A DNA stretch of 64,000 bases from Anaerohalosphaeraceae bacterium (lineage in GTDB: Bacteria; Planctomycetota; Phycisphaerae; Sedimentisphaerales; UBA12454). The notes under the pieces were generated by a model that saw only the letters and a program-made list of their open reading frames with translations, ran no database searches and was not told the DNA's origin. Below are positions 57,298 to 64,000 of the stretch, one piece after another; positions within the stretch are counted from its first letter, which is position 1; every line of letters starts with the position of its first letter. Position numbers and translations under genes: made by a program. The stretch lies in NCBI GenBank assembly GCA_021108375.1, contig JAIORA010000042.1, forward strand, positions 73,046-137,045, read 5' to 3'.

Positions 57298-57933
57298 TTA
57301 AAATTGGCTCAAGGGAACCTTTTTTTACCGCATAAAATTTCTATTCCATTCCGATTCACTGGGATTTGTGCTTACATCTGTCCTGACCGATGGTTTGTAG
57401 TTAAATTAGCCCCCTGCACTGTAAGGGGTTTTCTTTTCACGAATTGATTATCCCGCCCACATCGCCGTTTAGCCGTCGTGGCCTGCCCGACGGTTCATTT
57501 TTGCGAATGGCAATTCCTTATTTAACCCCCTGATGAATCAGGGGGTTGTTTGTTTAGTTAGCCCCCGATTTGTAAATCGGGGGTTCGTGCTTACATTTTT
57601 TCTATTCCCTCCGCACAAGACCCTGTCATTTCGACCAACGCGGAGAAATCTAAACCCTGTCATTGCGAGGCTTTACTTTTTATTGAAAATCCATCCCGAT
57701 AAATCGGGATTCCTCAACTCAAGACTCATAACTATTTTTTTGTCATACCCGCGAAAGCGGGTATCCAATTTTTATAAATCAGGTCTCGGCCAGAGGCCGA
57801 TTCGATATTCAATCTACTGTCTTCTGCCTTCTGTATTCTATATTCCTAAAAAAAAATCCGTGTAATCTGCGAAATCAGCGGTTGAGATAATCTGTGTCAA
57901 TTCGTGGCTAATTTCTTCTGTCGGACACCTTTA
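57298..57933. repeat. Intergenic hairpin-module block
   Basis: AGGGAACCT solo terminus (~57313). CCCCCTGATGAATCAGGGGG (57526-57545). CCCCCGATTTGTAAATCGGGGG. GTCATTTCGACCAACGCGGAGAAATC. ATCCCGATAAATCGGGAT. ACCCGCGAAAGCGGGT. TCGGCCAGAGGCCGA. Confidence 0.85.
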
Positions 57934-58968
57934 TCATTTGTAATTTCTGCCTGTTTCCATAAAAGCGAGCATATTCTTCAATGGTGTACCGGGCGGCAAA
58001 TCACAGGCTGTACTTAAAATGAAATTTGGATAATCTTTCATTTGAGTGAGCAACTCTGTTGTGGCCTGTTTAACTTCCTCAACGATACCATCCTTCATAA
58101 CTTTTGTTGGATTAACATTGCCGATAATCGCAATATCTTCGGGCACCATTTGAGCAACTTTTGCAAGGTCAATACCTGCGTCAGGCGAATCAAGACTTAT
58201 CGCTCCCACGCCTATCTGAGACATCGCTTTTACAAGATGCATAGTATTGCCGCAGATATGATAAATAGTATCTACATTACTATACTTATAACTTTCAATA
58301 ATATGTTTAACATATTCTCCGCTGAATTGGCTGAACTGCTCCGGGCCGAGTATAGCGGCAGTTGGCTCAAGAATACAGATTAAATCAGCTCCGGCATTGA
58401 TAAGAGCCTGGGTGTACTCCATAATAATCGAAGTGCAAAACTGACAGGCACACTCAAGTTTATCAGGGTCTATCATCGAGTCCATTGCGGCATTCTGTGC
58501 TCCCATCAACAGGCCGGCAAAGGAAAATGGTCCTATTACATAAGCTCCAACCAGAACATCTTTCTTAAGTCCAAGCCTCATCATTTCAATCGTTTTTAAA
58601 TACGACTGAATCCTCGCGTCGGCAAGGATGTTAATACACCGATACCTGTCGAGGTCTTCCACCGTTTTAACCGGATGAAGTTCAACGCTGCTGGATTCAT
58701 TAGTTGGGAATCTGACCGGCAAACCAATCGCATTGGCCTCTACCGATAAATCCATCATCATAAAAACAGCATCTGGTTTCAAGTGATAGGCCAATGCTTC
58801 GATTGCGTTGTAATGCATAGCATGATTCTGCTGAGCCATTTTTATCGAACATTTTATAATATCACATCCTGGAAATCCCACTAACGGTGCCACAAGCCTT
58901 CTGTTTTCGGAGTAGGCCCGCTTCGACAATTCTGATAGTTTTACGCTGTTTAAAGCTCTCTTAATCAT
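57934..58968 (-). CDS. Uroporphyrinogen decarboxylase (URO-D) family protein, MtaA/CmuA-like methyltransferase type
   Basis: 344 aa with URO-D fold features (...RLVAPLVGFPG..., ...ILEPTAA..., ...HICGNT...). Substrate unknown. Confidence 0.7.
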   Translation of the reverse strand: MIKRALNSVKLSELSKRAYSENRRLVAPLVGFPGCDIIKCSIKMAQQNHAMHYNAIEALAYHLKPDAVFMMMDLSVEANAIGLPVRFPTNESSSVELHPVKTVEDLDRYRCINILADARIQSYLKTIEMMRLGLKKDVLVGAYVIGPFSFAGLLMGAQNAAMDSMIDPDKLECACQFCTSIIMEYTQALINAGADLICILEPTAAILGPEQFSQFSGEYVKHIIESYKYSNVDTIYHICGNTMHLVKAMSQIGVGAISLDSPDAGIDLAKVAQMVPEDIAIIGNVNPTKVMKDGIVEEVKQATTELLTQMKDYPNFILSTACDLPPGTPLKNMLAFMETGRNYK

Positions 58969-58999
58969 TAGTTATCCTGACAATTTCTATAAAAAAACA

Positions 59000-59162
59000 A
59001 GGGTAGCTCTAATAATTGCTTTTGAGCGGCAAGTAGGAAATTTTTGTTCGCTGACAAGGAAGGCAAATCAGCTTGAGCCGTAGTTCAAGTGGCTTTTGCC
59101 TGACACCGTTCAGCGACAAAAAGGTTCGTTTGTCCGCCAAAATGAATTTTTAGAGGTTCCCT
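59000..59162 (+). mobile_element. 163-bp MITE-like element, copy 2
   Basis: AGGGTAGCTCTAATAATTGCTTTTGAGCGGCAAGTAGGAAATTTTTGTTCG ... GTTTGTCCGCCAAAATGAATTTTTAGAGGTTCCCT. Collinear with copy 1. Confidence 0.75.
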
Positions 59163-59277
59163 TGAGGGTTTCTCAGGCACTAATTCTATCAAAAAATCCT
59201 GTGTATAAATTCTATTATTTATCTATTTTATTGAACTATTGTGCTGAAAGCGAATCGTCAGATTGGCAGGATTCATA

Positions 59278-59652
59278 TCAGGAAATGCTCTTAGCCCCAT
59301 TATAAATCTCTTTTACGTGCATTACAACAGCGGCAACCCTTGGCAGTCTGTCCGGAACCCATTTCTGAACTTCGTCAAACATAGGCCCCTCTGTCAGTCT
59401 TTCAGCGGTGCCCTTTACCTGATAAGAGCCTTTTTCCTCATCAAGTACAGCAAAAGCAATTTTGCCATTGCCCAGGACATTGTCGCGGGTTTTGTTAAAA
59501 TAATTATCCGCAATCAGGACAGTTTGGTCATCAACAGCTTTCAAATGTGTCACATATATAACATTGGGCACGTTATCATTTGAGCTTGTTGCTACAACAA
59601 AAACATCCTGTTTTGACATTGCTTTTTTAACTGCATCCGGTAATTTCGCCAT
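59278..59652 (-). CDS. Pyridoxamine 5'-phosphate oxidase-family (FMN-binding split barrel) protein
   Basis: 124 aa. ...VFVVATSSNDNVPNVIYV...LIADNYFNKTRDN... is the pattern of the PNPOx-like family. Confidence 0.7.
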   Translation of the reverse strand: MAKLPDAVKKAMSKQDVFVVATSSNDNVPNVIYVTHLKAVDDQTVLIADNYFNKTRDNVLGNGKIAFAVLDEEKGSYQVKGTAERLTEGPMFDEVQKWVPDRLPRVAAVVMHVKEIYNGAKSIS

Positions 59653-59684
59653 AATACTACTCCTTTGTTTTGTTATGCGTTAAG

Positions 59685-60170
59685 TTACTTCAAAATAGTT
59701 TTATCCGGCGTATCGGTATTCTGGAAATGCTTCTCCACCCAGCCGGAAACGGTATTATCTCTGACATCAAAATGCCTGATATATGGTTTTATGTCCAATA
59801 CAGGTGTCTCATTTAAAACATCGACTTCGCTGAAATGCAATTTGTTGTCCTCAATTTTCTCGATTTTTATTATGGATAAACCAATATGGTTGGGCCGATG
59901 CGGACTTCTTATTGCAAATATACCGTGCCGGTCATCTTCTAAAAATGGTTTGCCCTGAATTTCCGCTTTTTCTGACTTATGAAAATAATAAATCATAATA
60001 GCGTGGCTGAAGCCATCTAAATCTTTAAGGCCGGCACTGTACTCTTCTTTCAATTCAATCCACGCTTTAGTATCGGGCTTGAATTTGCCCTGGATTGGCA
60101 TATCCTTAACTTGCCTGTACGGCGAATGTGCGATGCCAACAGGACTCATCGTAATTTTATCAGACATCAT
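59685..60170 (-). CDS. trmO: tRNA (t6A37) methyltransferase TrmO/TsaA family
   Basis: ...PVGIAHSPY...PIQG...IELKEEYSAGLKDLDGFSHAIMIYYFH...RSPHRPN.IGLS...VLDIKPY. Confidence 0.8.
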   Translation of the reverse strand: MMSDKITMSPVGIAHSPYRQVKDMPIQGKFKPDTKAWIELKEEYSAGLKDLDGFSHAIMIYYFHKSEKAEIQGKPFLEDDRHGIFAIRSPHRPNHIGLSIIKIEKIEDNKLHFSEVDVLNETPVLDIKPYIRHFDVRDNTVSGWVEKHFQNTDTPDKTILK

Positions 60171-60197
60171 TTTTTAGCCCTTCCCTACTTTGAGTTT

Positions 60198-61067
60198 TCA
60201 ACCCAAAGATATTAGAAAAATTCCCAATACCATAATACTGCCAACAATTAAACTCCTTATGAGATGGTCTTCTTTGAAAAAAATATATCCCAATATAATA
60301 GTGAGCAAAATGCTTATTCTTTTAACACTTACTACGTAGGCCGCCAAGCCAAACTGGAAAGCCGCAAACAATGTCAGCCCGGCAAGAAACCCTATTATAC
60401 CTGCAATAAAAAGCGGTTTGAAGTTATTCGCCGTTTTACTTAGCAATGTCCCAATAGTTTTTTTCTTGAGAAAAAATACTGTTAAAAACAAAGCACTTAA
60501 TAACTGAGTTACGCCAAAAGCAAAAAACGGAGATGAACTCAAAATTGCCTTTTTGAAAAAGACTGCCAGAAAACTGAACAAAAATGCCGCCATAAGCATA
60601 TGCCGCGAGCCTTTTTCTTTTAATAAGAGCTTAACAGGCTCAAAGATACCTGTCTTTACATTTTCCGCTCTTAACAGATACGCTCCGCAAACTATCAGCA
60701 GGATACCGACCAAACCCGGAACTGATGGGGTCTCTCCTAATATAAAAAAGGATGTTCCAGTCGCAAAAATAGGCGTAAAAGCAACCAACGGAAATGTTTT
60801 AGCAAGCGGCCCCGAAGCAATAGCGTTAAGAAAACACCAAGCCGCTATAACATCTAAAACAGAAGCAATGACAATAGAATAATAAAAAGCGGGCCTGATT
60901 TCTGGAATACCTGTAAAGAAGATTAGCAGCAGAGCGAATAAGCTGACAAACAAATACTTTGAATAAAGGATTGTCCACCTGTCAGTTTGGAAAACCAATT
61001 TTCTGGTGATGACGTTTTTCGTAGCCACCAAAATACCGCTTGCCAATGATAAATACAACCAATACAT
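60198..61067 (-). CDS. EamA/DMT-family transporter
   Basis: 289 aa, ~10 TM segments, two EamA-like halves. Confidence 0.75.
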   Translation of the reverse strand: MYWLYLSLASGILVATKNVITRKLVFQTDRWTILYSKYLFVSLFALLLIFFTGIPEIRPAFYYSIVIASVLDVIAAWCFLNAIASGPLAKTFPLVAFTPIFATGTSFFILGETPSVPGLVGILLIVCGAYLLRAENVKTGIFEPVKLLLKEKGSRHMLMAAFLFSFLAVFFKKAILSSSPFFAFGVTQLLSALFLTVFFLKKKTIGTLLSKTANNFKPLFIAGIIGFLAGLTLFAAFQFGLAAYVVSVKRISILLTIILGYIFFKEDHLIRSLIVGSIMVLGIFLISLG

Positions 61068-61091
61068 ATTCTTTCACTTTGGATTTAGATA

Positions 61092-61673
61092 TTAAAAAAA
61101 TTTGATTTGTTTTTTAAAATTTAAGATACAACCTTGATTAAAACCATTATCGTGGCTTATAAAGCCACAATGTTTTTTACCAAAAATAAAATTTGAATTT
61201 TGGATCTCCTGCTTAATTTCACCCAAGCTCAGGTTCTGAAACTCCATTATTGGATCATCTTCCAAAGTATGTTTTGGATAAACAGAAAGCAGACCATCTT
61301 GTTTCAAAACACGATAAGCTTCGGCATAAAGATTCTCTCTTCCTTTTTTTTCATGATAATGCAAAACATCATAAAATAAAACCACATCAATAGAGTTGTT
61401 TTCCAAGTCTATTCGTATCCGGTCCGAAGTGTTTACTATTCTTATATTTTTCAAATTCAGATGAGTTGCTTTTTGTTCCAGTTCATTCAGTGCCTGCTGT
61501 TCTTTGTCCAGGGCATAAACTATTCCTTTATTTCCGACAACCTTAGCCGCTGGAACACTGTAATGGCCTACTCTACAACCAAAATCCAGAACTGTCTGGC
61601 CGGATTTGAGTCCGATTTTTTTTAGAAATCCCACCCCATTCTCTGTTTCCCATTTTTCCATATCATTCTTCAT
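61092..61673 (-). CDS. Class I SAM-dependent methyltransferase
   Basis: Motif I VLDFGCRVGHYS. Post-I acidic residue (YALD). Confidence 0.75.
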   Translation of the reverse strand: MKNDMEKWETENGVGFLKKIGLKSGQTVLDFGCRVGHYSVPAAKVVGNKGIVYALDKEQQALNELEQKATHLNLKNIRIVNTSDRIRIDLENNSIDVVLFYDVLHYHEKKGRENLYAEAYRVLKQDGLLSVYPKHTLEDDPIMEFQNLSLGEIKQEIQNSNFIFGKKHCGFISHDNGFNQGCILNFKKQIKFF

Positions 61674-61744
61674 TATTGCTCATCGTTATGATTTGGGCAT
61701 TTTTCAACTGACCTTTGCGGAACACACAAGGCCTCCCAGCTGAA

Positions 61745-62083
61745 TCAATGGTCACAGATATTATTTCCTGTCTGAAGTGTATCCTGCAAATAAGCGGCTA
61801 CAAGTTCTTCGGGCGTACCTGATGATGCGCCGACAACAACTTTAATGTCATTCTGCGTAAACAACTGCTGCGCTCGCTGCCCCATACCGCTGGCAATAAT
61901 AACATTTACTCCCATACCGCCAAGCCATTTTGGTAATACGCCCGGCTCGTGAGATGGCGGAGCAAAATCTTCACGGTTTGCGATTTTGGTGGAATCTGCG
62001 TCGGTATCAATCACTGCAAACTGGTCGCAATGGCCGAAATGAAGACTTAATTTTCCCTGTGCTAACGGAATTGCTATTCTCAT
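61745..62083 (-). CDS. NifB/NifX-family (dinitrogenase FeMo-cofactor-binding-like) small protein
   Basis: MRIAIPL..GKLSLHFGHCDQFAVIDTD...VIIASGMGQRA...L...GI.V is the pattern of the NifX/NafY-like domain. Confidence 0.75.
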   Translation of the reverse strand: MRIAIPLAQGKLSLHFGHCDQFAVIDTDADSTKIANREDFAPPSHEPGVLPKWLGGMGVNVIIASGMGQRAQQLFTQNDIKVVVGASSGTPEELVAAYLQDTLQTGNNICDH

Positions 62084-62134
62084 TTTACTGTACTCCTTTT
62101 TAATGGTTTCAATTTATTTTATACCAATACTAAT

Positions 62135-62211
62135 GGGCACCTCTAAAAATTCACTTTGGCGAACAAGCGAACCTTTTTACTTGTCGCTCAAAAGCAATTA
62201 TTAGAGCCACC
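62135..62211 (-). mobile_element. Miniature (~77-bp) derivative of the 163-bp MITE-like family
   Basis: GGGCACCTCTAAAAATTCACTTTGGCGAACAAGCGAACCTTTTT + ACTTGTCGCTCAAAAGCAATTATTAGAGC. Both TIRs are kept and ~85 bp of the core is absent. Confidence 0.7.
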
Positions 62212-62215
62212 TTAA

Positions 62216-62518
62216 TTTATTAAGTGCGCCGTTGTCATTGCGAAAGATACAAATCATTCGCAACGCCGTGGCAATCTCGTTTTAAATTAACCTTTCACAT
62301 CGCATAGAAACCGAGCGACGTAAGTCGCCGGAATATTTAGCCCCCGGGTCTTGTCCCGGGGGTACCTACGCATTGTTTATCCCGTATTTACCGTAGGGGC
62401 GATTCGTGAATCGCCCCCTTGTCATTTCCGCGAAAGCGGGAATCCATCTTTTTACTTTTAGGTTTTTACTTTTTTAAATCTGTGAAATCAGTGTCTAAAT
62501 AATTCGTGTTTGCTTCCA
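62216..62518. repeat. Intergenic hairpin-module block
   Basis: ATTAAGTGCGCCGTTGTCATTGCG. TTAGCCCCCGGGTCTTGTCCCGGGGGT. GGGGCGATTCGTGAATCGCCCC. TTCCGCGAAAGCGGGAA. ATCTGTGAAATCAGTG. Confidence 0.85.
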
Positions 62519-63406
62519 TTAAATAGCATACATAACGTTTCTCCACAACGCTTTTATATCCTCTGTTACGGCACTGCCGGTATATTCAACCACTGATGTT
62601 TTCATTATCTGAGCCTTAGTAAAGGCCTTGTCATAGCGTATTTTTCCAACCACTTTGATGCCACGCTTGAGGACATCTTCTTCGATTTGCCCGGCCATAT
62701 CGGGATTCAAATCGAATTTATTGATAGCAACTAAAACAGGGATATCAAAGCCGGCAGCCAATTCGGCAACACGTTCCAGGTCGTGCTTTCCCGAAAGAGT
62801 TGGCTCTGTAATAATCAGCACCAAATCAGCTCCGGTTATCGAAGCAATCACAGGACAACCTATTCCCGGCGAGCCGTCAATAATAATCAAATCGTTTTTT
62901 TGCTCCTGAGCGATTCTTTTAGTTTCTTTGCGAATAAGGCTAACCAGTTTACCGCTGTTTTCCTCAGCGATTCCGAGCTTTGCGTGAACCATCGTTCCGA
63001 ACCGCGTTTCCGATATAAACCACTGGCCGTTTATGGAATCTTTAAATTCAATTGCGTCAGCAGGACAAAATTCGACGCAGACCTTGCAGCCTTCGCAGGA
63101 AACAGGGTCGACGGTATAGGTTTTGGCCACTATATCGTTCGCAGGGCCATCTAAATTTATCGCGTCAAATTTACACAAGTCTTTACACTTGCCGCAACTG
63201 ATACATTTTTCAGTAATTATGGAGGCCTGTTTGCCGCCGGAAAAATCGGAAGTCTGTTTCACGTTCGGCTCTAATACCAAATGCAAATCGGCCGCGTCAA
63301 CATCGCAGTCAGCGAATATCGCGTTTTTCGCAAGGCTTGCAAATGCGGCAACGATGCTCGTCTTGCCCGTCCCACCTTTGCCGCTTATAACAACTAATTC
63401 TTTCAT
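62519..63406 (-). CDS. MinD/ParA-type P-loop ATPase with an inserted 2x[4Fe-4S] ferredoxin domain
   Basis: Deviant Walker A SGKGGTGKTS. CISCGKCKDLC and CEGCKVCVEFCP cluster motifs. Second half IIDGSPGIGCPV. Confidence 0.85.
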   Translation of the reverse strand: MKELVVISGKGGTGKTSIVAAFASLAKNAIFADCDVDAADLHLVLEPNVKQTSDFSGGKQASIITEKCISCGKCKDLCKFDAINLDGPANDIVAKTYTVDPVSCEGCKVCVEFCPADAIEFKDSINGQWFISETRFGTMVHAKLGIAEENSGKLVSLIRKETKRIAQEQKNDLIIIDGSPGIGCPVIASITGADLVLIITEPTLSGKHDLERVAELAAGFDIPVLVAINKFDLNPDMAGQIEEDVLKRGIKVVGKIRYDKAFTKAQIMKTSVVEYTGSAVTEDIKALWRNVMYAI

Positions 63407-63430
63407 CGAGACATTCTTTCTTTTTTTCAG

Positions 63431-63787
63431 TTAAAATGTAAGAACTTTATCAGCTTCTTTGACCCATTGGGCTAATTCGGTCATCTTCGCTTCCTGGGTA
63501 CCTTCAAAATAAGGCTCTCCCTTATGGATGCCGCATCTGGTGTTACAAGTTCCACACACTTTGACCAAAACTTTTTTCCCAATCAGTTCTTTCAGCATTT
63601 GTACCAAATCAAAATAACCTTCTGGCGGCCTGGTTATCTCGCGAGCCAAATCAACCGAATCGTTCATCAAAAATATATTCACTTCCAGACCGGCATTAAG
63701 CAGTTGCTCTGCCAGCCGAAGGCCATTCCAGGTTACATCCGTACCATCGTATGGATTTCTGTTAAATACAAGAAGAGCGTTTGCCAT
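63431..63787 (-). CDS. DsrE/DsrF-like family protein
   Basis: 118 aa. ...LLVFNRNPYDGT...IFLMNDSV...VKVCGTCNTRCG... is a DsrE/YchN-like fold pattern. A 1-nt TGATG overlap with the upstream gene. Confidence 0.6.
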   Translation of the reverse strand: MANALLVFNRNPYDGTDVTWNGLRLAEQLLNAGLEVNIFLMNDSVDLAREITRPPEGYFDLVQMLKELIGKKVLVKVCGTCNTRCGIHKGEPYFEGTQEAKMTELAQWVKEADKVLTF

Positions 63788-64000
63788 CAGACTTTCCCTT
63801 TCTTTTTCGATATACTTTCATACAAACCAACGAACTCTTTTTTGTAGTCGGGCAAAATATCAACGACCATTTTGCCAATCGAATACGCTTCAGCAATTCG
63901 TCGGTCGTCGGGTACCTCGAAAATAATATCTATGTTTTCATCCTGACAATATTGATTTGTCATTTGTTCGTCCGGCTCGCTGCGATTTATCACCACAGCA
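63787..64000 (-). CDS. C-terminal part of a second MinD/ParA-ferredoxin-type ATPase (truncated by the window edge)
   Basis: ...VINRSEPDEQMTNQYCQDENIDIIFEVPDDRRIAEAYS... matches the C-terminal region of the paralog family. The frame is open to the window end. Confidence 0.5.
   Translation of the reverse strand, partial: AVVINRSEPDEQMTNQYCQDENIDIIFEVPDDRRIAEAYSIGKMVVDILPDYKKEFVGLYESISKKKGKV

Overview
This 64-kb chromosomal window comes from a diderm bacterium. LptD-like, LolCDE and T2SS genes support that. A PVC/Planctomycetota-like origin is a low-confidence inference from the many prepilin-type proteins, a PEP-CTERM protein, a GLUG/dockerin-like adhesin, DUF1844 and McsAB. The left 11.7 kb is a minus-strand type II secretion cluster: gspC-like, gspD, gspE, gspF, gspG and three minor pseudopilins. 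The rest is mostly housekeeping: dus, lepA, dprA, folC, ilvE-like, lolCDE-like, lysS, S41 protease, fba, lptD-like, mcsAB, queD, coaD, purE, der, smpB, trpC. The right edge holds an anaerobe-type NifX-like / MinD-ferredoxin / DsrE-like cluster. RNA genes are tmRNA (39816-40167, minus), tRNA-Ser(UGA), tRNA-Arg(ACG) and an unassigned ~225-nt sRNA with a near-consensus promoter and a GAAA-tetraloop terminator, divergent from ssrA. I found no rRNA, CRISPR array, transposase or integrase. Four things stand out. (1) A terminator-insulated, AT-rich two-gene cassette at 40808-42692 couples a Panacea/YwgA-like small protein to a SAMHD1-type HD phosphohydrolase. It is a candidate nucleotide-depletion defence or toxin-antitoxin-like module. 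(2) The unassigned rod-like sRNA sits next to ssrA. (3) Nearly every sizeable intergenic gap, about 5 kb in total, is filled by mosaics of short hairpin modules. Some are orientation-locked to the upstream gene, and their stems covary. (4) There is a 163-bp MITE-like family with terminal inverted repeats, and a run of nine helically phased T-tracts upstream of the T2SS cluster. All functional calls come from motif recognition by eye. No database search was run.
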